Origin: Candidatus Kaiserbacteria bacterium
GTDB taxonomy: Bacteria; Patescibacteriota; Minisyncoccia; Phycocordibacterales; Phycocordibacteraceae
Length of the DNA: 38,260 nt
Reading direction: 5' to 3'
Assembly (NCBI GenBank): GCA_023267735.1
Contig: JAHFMT010000001.1
Location: 1-38,260 of the forward strand
Below the pieces are notes generated by a model. The model made no database searches, was not told the DNA's origin, and saw nothing but the letters and a program-made list of their open reading frames with translations. A program made the translations under genes and the position numbers. Below are positions 10,370-19,162 of this stretch, one piece after another (the stretch's first letter is position 1; the number at the start of each line of letters is the position of its first letter).

Positions 10370-10403
10370 AACAAAAGCCCCGCAATTGCGGGGCTTTTGT
10401 TTT
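10367..10403. terminator. Bidirectional terminator between converging genes
   Basis: TAAAACAAAAGCCCCGC-AATT-GCGGGGCTTTTGTTTTA perfect palindrome. Confidence 0.85.
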
Positions 10404-10409
10404 AGAGCA

Positions 10410-10985
10410 TTACGCCTTACTTACACGCTCAACGTACTCTCCCGTCTCGGTGTTGATCTTCAGCACGTCACCAACGTTGATAAAGAGTGGGGCAGTCACT
10501 ACCGCGCCAGATTCAAGGGTTACCTGCTTGTTGCCACCGGTTGCCGTATCTCCCTTATTTGAAGGAGGTGCATCCTTCACCTCAAGATCAACCTTGAGAG
10601 GAATCTTGATGGACATTGGCTTCTCTTTATAGACCATCACTTCCACTTCATCATTTTGCTTCAACCACTGAATCTTTTCGTGGAGGGCGTCTTCAGGGAA
10701 GGCGAAGCGGTTCTTTGCATTTCCTGTCTCTGCAAACCATGACTCACCACGGTTGGTGTAGAGGTAATTAGCGTCCATGGTCTCAATTTCTGCCTCCTTT
10801 ACGGTCTCGTTCTGGTGGAAGGAGATTTCCTGCACACGGCCGGAAACGAGGTGGCGGAGCTTGGTCTGGTTCACTGGTTTACGCATCTGCATGCGGAATA
10901 CGTGTGACGAGAGCACTTCGTATGGTTCGTCATTGTATTCAATAACGGTCTTAGGAACGATTTCGTTGTACGAGAGGATTGCCAT
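10410..10985 (-). CDS. efp: Elongation factor P
   Basis: KGDTATGG.K.VTLESG..V..PLFI.VGD.LKINT.TGEY.ER C-terminal signature. The tip loop is atypical (RMQMR). Confidence 0.95.
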   Translation of the reverse strand: MAILSYNEIVPKTVIEYNDEPYEVLSSHVFRMQMRKPVNQTKLRHLVSGRVQEISFHQNETVKEAEIETMDANYLYTNRGESWFAETGNAKNRFAFPEDALHEKIQWLKQNDEVEVMVYKEKPMSIKIPLKVDLEVKDAPPSNKGDTATGGNKQVTLESGAVVTAPLFINVGDVLKINTETGEYVERVSKA

Positions 10986-11078
10986 AGGGATAAGAGTTGC
11001 AATAAAAAACCGCCAAAGGCGAGTAGGGGAATACTACCACGCCTCGTGATGCTTTTCACCCCAGTAGCGGGTGAGATA

Positions 11079-11106
11079 TTGACAAGCGTTTCAGATAGAG
11101 TAGATT
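11079..11106 (+). promoter_or_regulatory. Sigma70-type promoter facing into the efp-recA gap
   Basis: TTGACA 11079-11084, 16-nt spacer, TAGATT 11101-11106. Confidence 0.6.
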
Positions 11107-11111
11107 ACGTC

Positions 11112-11277
11112 GGCTGGTGTGGCGACGGAGCGGCCCAGCATACTCGGCAGTTGTGCCGTACAAAGACAGCTCCTCTTGAGCGTATAGGGAAAACCCAGGG
11201 CAACGTGTTCCCCCAAATATACACCATCAAGCAATGCCGCCCACGGCGGGTTCCATCTCGGAACCCGCCGTTTCTTT
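11112..11277 (+). ncRNA. Candidate structured non-coding RNA, family unknown
   Basis: Bracketed by a promoter and an 11-bp terminator plus T tract. Several internal stems and no ATG-started ORF of useful length. Confidence 0.5.
11244..11277 (+). terminator. Intrinsic terminator (T tract on + strand only)
   Basis: CGGCGGGTTCC-ATCTC-GGAACCCGCCG-TTTCTTT. Confidence 0.75.
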
Positions 11278-12325
11278 ATGCGTTCTTAAGCGCTTCGCGT
11301 ACCTGCTTCAAGAGATCGGTTGCAATTGGCTTGTTCTCGCGGAGGAAGGTACGTGTAGCGTCGTATCCAACGGCAAGCTTCGTATCACCCATCTTGTAGG
11401 TAGCGCCTGATTTGGTGACAATACCGAACTTCTCACCAAGGGCGATAAGCTCACCTTCACGGCTAATGCCTTCGTTGTAGAGGAGATCAAACTCAGTGGT
11501 CTTAAATGGGGCAGCGACCTTGTTCTTCACCACCTTTACGCGTACACGACCACCCACAACCTCCTCACCCTTCTTAATGCTTGCGATGCGGCGAATGTCC
11601 AAGCGTACGGAGGTATAGAACTTAAGCGCCTTGCCTCCTGGCGTGGTCTCTGGGTTCCCAAACATGACACCAATTTGCATACGTATCTGATTGATAAAGA
11701 TCACAATGGTCTTGCTGCGCGCAACAATGGCCGTGAGTTTGCGGAGCGCCTGTGACATGAGACGCGCTTGTTTACCCACATGCTGCTGGCCCATATCACC
11801 CTCAATCTCATCTTTCGGGGTGAGTGCCGCAACGGAGTCCACGACAATCACATCAATGGTGCCACTGCGTACCAATGACTCCACAATCTCAAGCGCCTGT
11901 TCACCAGTGTCTGGTTGGGAGATAAGAAGCTCATCAAGTCTCACACCAATGCGCCGTGCATACTCTGGATCAAGTGCATGTTCGGCATCAATGAAGGAAC
12001 AGACACCGCCTTTCTTCTGCGCCTCAGCAATGACGTGGAGGGCGAGCGTTGTTTTTCCTGAAGACTCAGGACCAAATACCTCAACGATGCGGCCGCAGGG
12101 AAGTCCGCCAATACCAAGTGCGGCATCCAATCCTATGGAGCCTGTAGGAATTGCAGGAATTGCTGCAGGCTTCTCACCCTTGGCGAAGGTCATGATGGAA
12201 TCATCACCGAACTTCGTCTTAATTTCTTTTATCGCTAACTCAATAGAGCGATGCTTTGCATCGGTATCACCTGAGGTATCACGTGCGGTTAGTGTTTTTG
12301 GTGCTTTGGTTACTTTCTTTTTCAT
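11276..12325 (-). CDS. recA: Recombinase RecA
   Basis: [58 protein letters not shown]. Start placed at ATG 12325. Confidence 0.99.
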   Translation of the reverse strand: MKKKVTKAPKTLTARDTSGDTDAKHRSIELAIKEIKTKFGDDSIMTFAKGEKPAAIPAIPTGSIGLDAALGIGGLPCGRIVEVFGPESSGKTTLALHVIAEAQKKGGVCSFIDAEHALDPEYARRIGVRLDELLISQPDTGEQALEIVESLVRSGTIDVIVVDSVAALTPKDEIEGDMGQQHVGKQARLMSQALRKLTAIVARSKTIVIFINQIRMQIGVMFGNPETTPGGKALKFYTSVRLDIRRIASIKKGEEVVGGRVRVKVVKNKVAAPFKTTEFDLLYNEGISREGELIALGEKFGIVTKSGATYKMGDTKLAVGYDATRTFLRENKPIATDLLKQVREALKNA

Positions 12326-12335
12326 ACAATAAAGG

Positions 12336-12659
12336 TTAGGGAACAAACACCATCCGCCGCACTGTATCGGTTCGCCCAAAGCGGTCCGTGGCTGTAAGGG
12401 TAAGTATAGCGCTCCCTGGCGGAAGCGTCAGGGAGGTGGAAAAGGTACCCGTGCTGTCTATAAGAAGCGTACCGTCGTTGAGAGTGAGGGATTCGGCACG
12501 CTTCGCTACGCCCGTAATAGCAACGGCGCCACCGTCCGCACGGAACCCATCCTCAGGGGAGGAAAGTCGTATAGCAGGCCCCAACATAAGGGGCGTAGCC
12601 TCAATCGCGCCATATCCCAGCACAAGGATAACGAGGCCGCCAAGCACCAGCCGGATCAT
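12336..12659 (-). CDS. Small membrane-anchored Ig-like protein
   Basis: N-terminal TM, then ITG.A...LTLN...GTFS..L.L.PG...[10 protein letters not shown]. The start overlaps the ftsK stop (ATGA). Confidence 0.8.
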   Translation of the reverse strand: MIRLVLGGLVILVLGYGAIEATPLMLGPAIRLSSPEDGFRADGGAVAITGVAKRAESLTLNDGTLLIDSTGTFSTSLTLPPGSAILTLTATDRFGRTDTVRRMVFVP

Positions 12660-14869
12660 ACCGGTTCACTTACGCTTTCTGGCTCAGGAGCCCCTGCTTT
12701 GGCGCCCGTAAGGACATCACGTGGGCGAGAACCATCGGCAGGGCCAATCACCCCTTTTTCTTCAAGGATATCCATGAGGCGGGCTGCACGGGAATAGCCA
12801 ATACGGAGCTTGCGCTGGAGATAGGAGGTAGAGGCGCGGCCAGCTTCTTCAACAGCAGTCTTTGCTTCAAGGTACATGTCGTCATCAACATCGTCCTCAC
12901 CATTGGCAAGCATGATGGCGACGTTTGGGTCGGTACCATTAGCACTTGCACCACCGACACCTCCCAAATCAAGGAGGGAACCGTCCCCAGCGTTGTACTC
13001 CTTTATATGCTTCACAATCTTCTTGGCTTCGGTTTCGCTGATGTATGCGGTCTGGATACGTACTGGCTTTTGCATATCAGCAGAAAGATAGAGCATGTCA
13101 CCGGCACCAAGGAGTGTTTCGGCACCTGCACCATCAAGAATGGTGCGTGAGTCTATCTGGGATGCTACCTGCAGCGCAAGACGTGTTGGTACGTTTGCTT
13201 TGATGAGGCCGGTAATGACATTCACGGAAGGACGCTGGGTGGAGAGTACCAAGTGAATACCAACCGCGCGGCTCATCTGTGCCAGGCGTACGATGCCCGC
13301 TTCAAGTTCACGAGGGAAGCTCTGCATGATATCGGCGAGTTCGTCTACCACAATCACGATGTACGGCATTGACTCTGGCAGCTCCTCTCCCTCTTTTGCG
13401 TTCTGTCGTGCTGGCTCAACGATAGTGGTGTGATATGACTCAATATCACGTACCTGCTCTGCCTCAAGAATGTTGTAGCGGCGTTCCATTTCCTTGGTTG
13501 CCCACTTCAGTGCCATGATGGTCTTCTTTGGATCGGTAATCACCGGGGTGAGGAGATGCGGGATACCGTTATACATCGTGAGCTCCACGCGCTTTGGATC
13601 CACCATGATAAAGCGAAGCTGGTTTGGACCATTTCTGTACAAAAGGGAGGTGATGATGGCGTGGATGGCTACTGACTTTCCAGAGCCGGTTGCACCCGCT
13701 ACGAGCGCGTGTGGTGCTTTGGCGATATTCAAATAGCGTGGCACACCGCTGATGTCACGACCAAGGGCAGCAAGGAGTGGCTTCTTGCTCTCAGTCCACT
13801 CAGAAGAGGTGAGAGTGCCTTTGAGGCCCACCATCGCCTTGGAAGAGTTCGGCACTTCAATACCTACCAGCGACTTACCAGGGATAGGGGCTTCAATACG
13901 TACTGGGTGTGCGGCAAGTGCAAGCTCTAGGTTGTTTTGCAGGGAGAGGATCTTTGAAAGACGTACGCCCTCTGCAGGCTTCATGGCATAGCGGGTCACG
14001 GTAGGACCTACGGACACCTCATCCATCTCTACCGGTATGCCGAACTTCTCAAGGGTGCGCTTAATGATGTTTGCATTTGCCTTGATGTCACCAGTACCTG
14101 GTTTGCCAGAGTCATCTCCGAGCAATGAAAGGGGGGGCGGGTTGTACTCACTATCAATAGTAGGAATGGCATGTGCAGATACGGGTGCGGCTCCTTCACC
14201 AAACATCTTCACTATGGGATCAGCTGCTGTTGGTACAGGAGGGATGATTGCGGGCATAACATCCTCTTTCATCTTTGTAGGCTTCTCAGCAACAGGCTTT
14301 TCTTCAGAAGTCTCCTCTTCCTCAGCCTGTGCTTTTTGTGGGCGACGTGCCCAGAGATACTGCAGGCCAGAAAGAAGTGCTCGGCCTATAGCAACGAGCA
14401 TGCGCATGAGTGCGTCAAAGAATCGATCAATACCAAATACAATCACTCCTGCAACGAACGCTACTGCAAGCAGGATTACTACCGCACCCCAGAACCCAAA
14501 CATTCCTGAAAGAGCGTTACCGATATCACGGCCCACCATGCCGCCTGCTTTTGTAGTGGTGATACCAAGCAACGAGAGAAGGGAGAGACAGATGAGTATG
14601 AAGCCAACACCATGAAGTGTGGAGACAGGATTCTTGCGCATGATGACCGCACCTCCCGCGAATATAAGTGCGGGTGGAATTAGGTACCCGCCGATACCTA
14701 TGAGATCAAAGAGAAGAGTAAAGCCCGCACCGCCTGCAGCTCCTCCTGCTCTACCTGCACCAAGGGCAAGGATGATGCCGAGCGCAACGAGCGCAATACC
14801 GAGTATCCACGAAAACGCAGCCCGACCCTCCGTGCTCTTTGGTGCGCGAGACTGCTTTTTACGTGCCAT
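12656..14869 (-). CDS. ftsK: DNA translocase FtsK
   Basis: N-terminal TM helices, RIEAPIPGKS.VGIEVPN, Walker A GATGSGKS, VVDELAD and gamma domain ASTSYLQRKLRIGYSRAARLMD. Start placed at MARKK (14869). Confidence 0.97.
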   Translation of the reverse strand: MARKKQSRAPKSTEGRAAFSWILGIALVALGIILALGAGRAGGAAGGAGFTLLFDLIGIGGYLIPPALIFAGGAVIMRKNPVSTLHGVGFILICLSLLSLLGITTTKAGGMVGRDIGNALSGMFGFWGAVVILLAVAFVAGVIVFGIDRFFDALMRMLVAIGRALLSGLQYLWARRPQKAQAEEEETSEEKPVAEKPTKMKEDVMPAIIPPVPTAADPIVKMFGEGAAPVSAHAIPTIDSEYNPPPLSLLGDDSGKPGTGDIKANANIIKRTLEKFGIPVEMDEVSVGPTVTRYAMKPAEGVRLSKILSLQNNLELALAAHPVRIEAPIPGKSLVGIEVPNSSKAMVGLKGTLTSSEWTESKKPLLAALGRDISGVPRYLNIAKAPHALVAGATGSGKSVAIHAIITSLLYRNGPNQLRFIMVDPKRVELTMYNGIPHLLTPVITDPKKTIMALKWATKEMERRYNILEAEQVRDIESYHTTIVEPARQNAKEGEELPESMPYIVIVVDELADIMQSFPRELEAGIVRLAQMSRAVGIHLVLSTQRPSVNVITGLIKANVPTRLALQVASQIDSRTILDGAGAETLLGAGDMLYLSADMQKPVRIQTAYISETEAKKIVKHIKEYNAGDGSLLDLGGVGGASANGTDPNVAIMLANGEDDVDDDMYLEAKTAVEEAGRASTSYLQRKLRIGYSRAARLMDILEEKGVIGPADGSRPRDVLTGAKAGAPEPESVSEPV

Positions 14870-14976
14870 GTGTGAACTATTGTAGCATTTATACACAAGG
14901 GTTTCCGCATCATTTTTACAGACACAAATACTAAAGGGTTGCACATAGAGACATGAGGTCTATAATTGTCCTCAAC

Positions 14977-15759
14977 ATGTCTTATACGCAAAAGACACCC
15001 CACGACACTGATGCAAAGCATGTGTCTTTGAATGTCCGCAAGAAGCAGAACGACATGGATTCATTTGTTCTTGAAAAGGCAATATTCTCAAATATATTTG
15101 AAAAGGACATACAGCGTGTGTACCTATACAAAAAGGCAGAACGACTCGCCAAGGCAGTGTCTTTGATAGCTCCAGGATTGGCTGCAGTGCCTGATCTGGC
15201 ACGTCGGGTAGAGAAGCTTTCGCTCGCACTTGTGGACGCGTCTCTTGAAGTGCCTGCTATCTCCCGTGACCTTCTTGCGAAGGAGCTTCTGGCACTTTCA
15301 AGTTTGGTCGGCGTGGCGCGGGTACGTGGCCTCCTTTCTCACATGAACACAGAGATTATTGCGGGCGAAGCAAAGAATCTTCTTGATGAGATTGCGGCAT
15401 ATGAGCCGCCGCACATCACCTTGCCAGAGGCGCCAACCATCCCGGCACTTTCACGCAAGGTGGCCATGCTTCCACACGACTCGCAGAAGAGCGTATCGGT
15501 ATCACGCGTGCAGGCTGCTACGCATAAAGGACAAGTGTCTGATAAAGGACATATAAAGGACACAGTAAAGAAGGAGAGCCGTGCTTCCGCTATTATTGCG
15601 GTTCTCAAGGAGAAGGGAGCTACTGATATAAAGGGTATATCTACTATTGTGCGTGGGGTAAGTGAGAAAACGATCCAGCGTGAGCTTACCCAGCTTGTAG
15701 CAGATGGCAAAGTTGTGCGTTCTGGTAGTCGTCGTTGGACGGCATACTCGCTGGCATAA
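14977..15759 (+). CDS. Conserved hypothetical protein with C-terminal winged HTH (DeoR-like)
   Basis: C-terminal R...II.VLK......IK.I......VSEKTIQREL..LV..G.V.R.G.RRW..Y. ATG 14977 follows TTGCAC-16-TATAAT. Confidence 0.8.
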   Translation: MSYTQKTPHDTDAKHVSLNVRKKQNDMDSFVLEKAIFSNIFEKDIQRVYLYKKAERLAKAVSLIAPGLAAVPDLARRVEKLSLALVDASLEVPAISRDLLAKELLALSSLVGVARVRGLLSHMNTEIIAGEAKNLLDEIAAYEPPHITLPEAPTIPALSRKVAMLPHDSQKSVSVSRVQAATHKGQVSDKGHIKDTVKKESRASAIIAVLKEKGATDIKGISTIVRGVSEKTIQRELTQLVADGKVVRSGSRRWTAYSLA

Positions 15760-15773
15760 GGTATAGGGGTCTA

Positions 15774-15802
15774 TTGCGAAAAGGCCTTCTTTTTGGTATA
15801 GT
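15774..15802 (+). promoter_or_regulatory. Sigma70-type promoter
   Basis: TTGCGA-17 nt-TATAGT with TG extension. Confidence 0.65.
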
Positions 15803-15808
15803 CCAGGG

Positions 15809-15907
15809 GTGGATAAAAGGGGTAACCGCCACTAGGTGAGACAGCCATATCTTGTTCTGCTTCGGCAGGGCAGGGTATGGCTTCTTTGCGTTATCCCCTT
15901 ATCCACA
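15809..15907 (+). ncRNA. Candidate rod-shaped RNA, or 5' part of a long leader
   Basis: 18-bp stem with four G.U pairs and a cUUCGg loop (15843-15882), enclosed by GTGGATAA/TTATCCAC and GGGGTAAC/GTTATCCC. Confidence 0.45.
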
Positions 15908-16271
15908 TGTGTGTACTGCCTTTGTTTACGCAGGTCTCGGTATATACTTGGTATACGCCGATACTTGTTGAAGTATTCGGGGCGGTTTGGCCTTTGAAAA
16001 TTTAATACGTGTCTAGCCAACACGAATGTGTTTCTTTCTGCACGTCTGTTTGTCCCGTTATGGATGCATTACCGAATGAAACATTACGTTTGCCAACTAG
16101 CCCATGGAGCGCACGTCGAGCGTGCTCTGTGGGGTAGTGTGAAAATCGTCAACTGCATTGCTTCGCAAGAAGCAGGGTGGAAGACATTACAAAATTGCAC
16201 GCGGGCGCGTGCGCACTCAACTCAATAAACCGAGCGCGTGCGCGCCGCCTTAAAATTACTTACAAGAAAAT

Positions 16272-18191
16272 ATGAAAAGCATGACTATGAGCATGGCCAA
16301 GGTTGCAGCTATCGTTGCATCTGTAGGTCTTGTTCTCGGTTCGTTCGCTCTCGTTTCCTCTGCTCGCGCAGCTACTGTTGCTGAGCTCCAGGCGATGATT
16401 GCACAGCTCACTGCACAGATTGCAGCGCTTTCCGGTTCTACGGCAGCTCCAGCAGCATCTTTCACTAAGGACCTCACTATTGGTTCTACAGGTGCAGATG
16501 TTACTGCGCTCCAGAATTGGCTTATCAGTGGTGGATACAGCGTTCCAGCTGGCGCAACAGGCTACTTTGGTGAACAGACCAAGATGGCACTTGCTGCATA
16601 CCAGGCTAAGGTTGGAATCACTCCAGCTTCTGGTTACTTTGGCCCGATCACTCGCGCTAAGGTAAACATGGCTGCTCCTTCTACCTCTACTACAGGTTCT
16701 ACTTCAACCGGTTCTACTGGTTCAGTAGCTCTCTCAGGTGGTGAAGGTCAGGTCTCTAACATCGACGCTCTTGGTGATATCGAGAGCACTGTTGATGAAG
16801 GCAAGACTGAGCAGGTTGTTGGTGCAGAAATCGAAGCTCAGGATTCTGACATCGCTGTGCAGCGCGTTGACGTAGAAATCAGCACTGCTGATGCTTCTGG
16901 CAACGAAAGCTCACACCTCGATGACTACATCACTGAGGCGTCCCTTGTCTTCAACGGCAAGACGATTGCAACTATGGATGTTGATGAGGCAGATGAAGAT
17001 AACGATGTTTACACATTCCGCTTCTCTGGCTTGAATGCTGTTATTAAGGAAGATGACACTGCAGATCTTTACGTTGCAGTTACCGCAGTCAAGAACGTTG
17101 ACTCCGCTGACTCTGCTGTAAACCTCGAAGTGAAGATTCCTGAAGATGGTATCCGCGCAGTTGATGCTGCAGGTATCTCCGACACGTACGTTTCCTCTTC
17201 TGAGGAGACTGCACTCACTGAGACCTTCGGTATCGGTGAGCCAAATGGCGGTGAACTCGACATCAATGAAGGTGATACCAACATTGATAGCAAGACTGTT
17301 CAGGCTGACGAGGAAGATGACACCAATGGTGTTCTCGCTCTCGCTTTCAACCTTGAAGCAAAGGAACAGGATATAAACGTTGACTCTATTCCAGTAGGTC
17401 TCGTAACTTCTGAAAACGAAGGTGTTGATGGTCCTGTAAAGCGCGCTATCCTCAAGATGGACGGCAAGACCATTAAGACTAAGACAATCCCAGCTTCTGC
17501 AGGTACAAGCTACGAAGTTCTCTTCGACAACCTTGATCTCGATATCAAGGATGGCGATGAGCCTGAGTTCGAAGTGTACGTTGACCTCAACGACCTCGAC
17601 CTCACAACCTTCGCTTCTGGTACTACCCTCTACGCAACGACGACTGGTTCCGACTACGACGATGCTGAGGATGAGGCTGGTGACAACGTTTCAGTTGATG
17701 GTTCCGTTGACAACTCTTCTGACGGTCTCTTGACCTTCCAGGCACAGGGTATCGACGTGAAGCTTGTTAGCATGAGCTCAGTAACAACTACTGTTGACTC
17801 TACTGACAACGACTACGCTACGTACACCATGGTGCTTGACGTAACCGCCTTCGAAGAGGATGCATACATCCTTCAGGCAGGCGCGAGCGCAATCACTTAC
17901 CGCTTCGAGAACGCTTCGAGCGCAGCTAACCTTGGAACTTCGACGGCAACCACTACGGTTATCTCGTCAAACGCTTCAACTAGCGGCAGCTCGTACAAGG
18001 TTGGTGCAAACCAGACCAAGCGCTTCACGATTACGACAACTCTCGATCCGTTGGCAGCTAACGAAGGCGCTTCATACCGTATGCAGCTCCTCTCCGTTAT
18101 CTTCGGCTCCGACAACTCTGGCACTGGCCAGTCTTGGACCGCAGCTCCTGCGACAACCTACGAGACTGTTGGTACACTCATTGCTGACTAA
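16272..18191 (+). CDS. Secreted peptidoglycan-binding, S-layer-like surface protein
   Basis: Signal peptide (..ARA-A), coiled coil, PG_binding_1 pattern (LTIGSTGADV.ALQ..L...GYFG..T..AL..YQ...GI...GYFGPITRA), S/T linker and an acidic beta-rich body. The true start may be a Met a few codons downstream. Confidence 0.85.
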   Translation: MKSMTMSMAKVAAIVASVGLVLGSFALVSSARAATVAELQAMIAQLTAQIAALSGSTAAPAASFTKDLTIGSTGADVTALQNWLISGGYSVPAGATGYFGEQTKMALAAYQAKVGITPASGYFGPITRAKVNMAAPSTSTTGSTSTGSTGSVALSGGEGQVSNIDALGDIESTVDEGKTEQVVGAEIEAQDSDIAVQRVDVEISTADASGNESSHLDDYITEASLVFNGKTIATMDVDEADEDNDVYTFRFSGLNAVIKEDDTADLYVAVTAVKNVDSADSAVNLEVKIPEDGIRAVDAAGISDTYVSSSEETALTETFGIGEPNGGELDINEGDTNIDSKTVQADEEDDTNGVLALAFNLEAKEQDINVDSIPVGLVTSENEGVDGPVKRAILKMDGKTIKTKTIPASAGTSYEVLFDNLDLDIKDGDEPEFEVYVDLNDLDLTTFASGTTLYATTTGSDYDDAEDEAGDNVSVDGSVDNSSDGLLTFQAQGIDVKLVSMSSVTTTVDSTDNDYATYTMVLDVTAFEEDAYILQAGASAITYRFENASSAANLGTSTATTTVISSNASTSGSSYKVGANQTKRFTITTTLDPLAANEGASYRMQLLSVIFGSDNSGTGQSWTAAPATTYETVGTLIAD

Positions 18192-18227
18192 TACTCAGCC
18201 TGAGCTTCCAACCGGAATCGGTTAAGC

Positions 18228-18264
18228 TAAACAAAAACACCCCGAAAGGGGTGTTTTTGTTTTA
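18228..18264. terminator. Intrinsic terminator
   Basis: TAAACAAAAACACCCC-GAAA-GGGGTGTTTTTGTTTA. Confidence 0.85.
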
Positions 18265-18291
18265 TCTGCTTTTAGAGTATGCTCCCTATGT

Positions 18292-18444
18292 ATGCGCGAC
18301 ATGCTCTACAACTTCGCCAAATTCACTGCTGGATTCCTGGCTATTGTTGCCGTATCCCTTTCTGTGGTTGCCATAACGGGTGGTCTGGCAGGGAGTGGGG
18401 AAGCCTCAGTGCTCTCTGCGGTAAAGGGATTCTTCACTAAATAA
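18292..18444 (+). CDS. Small (50 aa) single-pass membrane protein, absent from the ORF track
   Basis: MRDMLYNFAKFTAGFLAIVAVSLSVVAITGGLAGSGEASVLSAVKGFFTK*. TATGCT box 8 nt upstream and a terminator AAACCCC-GAAA-GGGGTTTT directly after. Confidence 0.7.
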   Translation: MRDMLYNFAKFTAGFLAIVAVSLSVVAITGGLAGSGEASVLSAVKGFFTK

Positions 18445-18502
18445 CAAACCCCGAAAGGGGTTTTGTTGTATCTAGTAGCCCTGCATGATAGGGTAGGTAG
18501 GT

Positions 18503-18615
18503 ACGAACCGAAGACCGTAGGTGGCGAAAGCCTTAATGTCCTGCGCAGGAGATTCGTCAGATACCTTTTATATAAGCTGGTATCTGATAGGGTCGACCCT
18601 CTCCTTTTCGTTCGT
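18503..18615 (+). promoter_or_regulatory. Ribosomal protein L10 leader
   Basis: AAGACCGTAGGTG..TTAAT..CCTGCGCAGG kink-turn-type pattern plus flanking stems immediately upstream of rplJ. Confidence 0.8.
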
Positions 18616-18660
18616 TACATAGGTAACTATTGAGAAGCATTTGCTTTTCACAAAACACAC

Positions 18661-19152
18661 ATGGCCATTACCAAAGCCAAGAAACAAGAAGTTATCGCGA
18701 AAGTAACCGATGCACTCGCTGATGCGTCGTCTGTCGTCTTTGCTCGCTTCAACAAGCTTTCTGTTGCAGATACCTCTGCAATGCGAAAGAAGATGAAGGA
18801 GGAAGGCGTCGGCTACTACGTTGCAAAGAAAACGCTTATCCGTCTCGCACTCGCTGATAAGGGATACGAGGGCACCCTGCCTGAGCTCCCTGGTGAGATT
18901 GCTATGGTATGGAGTGCGGACGCAACGGCTCCAGCACGCACGGTGTTTGAACACGGCAAAAAGCACAAGGGCGCCATCTCCATTGTGGGAGGTGTCTTTG
19001 AGGGATCATATGCTGATGCAGCCAAAATGACTGCCATCGCTACTATTCCTCCGCTGCCAGTGCTTCGCGGTATGTTCGTCAATGTTATTAACTCGCCGAT
19101 CCAGTCTCTGGTTATCGCACTTGATGCGGTAGCAAAGAAGAAGGCGGCATAA
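18661..19152 (+). CDS. rplJ: 50S ribosomal protein L10
   Basis: K..K..VI, L.V.....MRK......V.KKTL..LAL, GG.FEG, A.IP. Directly precedes rplL. Confidence 0.95.
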   Translation: MAITKAKKQEVIAKVTDALADASSVVFARFNKLSVADTSAMRKKMKEEGVGYYVAKKTLIRLALADKGYEGTLPELPGEIAMVWSADATAPARTVFEHGKKHKGAISIVGGVFEGSYADAAKMTAIATIPPLPVLRGMFVNVINSPIQSLVIALDAVAKKKAA

Positions 19153-19162
19153 CGTACATCGT

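Noticed and set aside
11182-11214. Trans-acting P4-P5 module for the truncated intron (GGGAAAACCCAGGGCAAC resembles the P/Q elements)
   Set aside because: CCC/GGG would close a 1-nt loop and no P4'/P6 partner follows, so the resemblance is probably chance.
11112-11277. RNase P RNA, tmRNA or SRP RNA
   Set aside because: No GAGGAAAGTCC P4 motif, no tRNA-like ends with a T loop and CCA, and no SRP helix-8 CAGG..GGAA..AGCAG pattern seen.
11046-11399. 117-aa + strand ORF in the efp-recA gap
   Set aside because: GTG start, overlaps the recA 3' end in antisense, runs through a promoter and a terminator, and has no protein-like features.
15809-15907. Replication origin suggested by DnaA boxes
   Set aside because: Only one perfect box, the boxes are also explained as hairpin arms, and there is no dnaA/dnaN nearby or clear AT-rich unwinding element.
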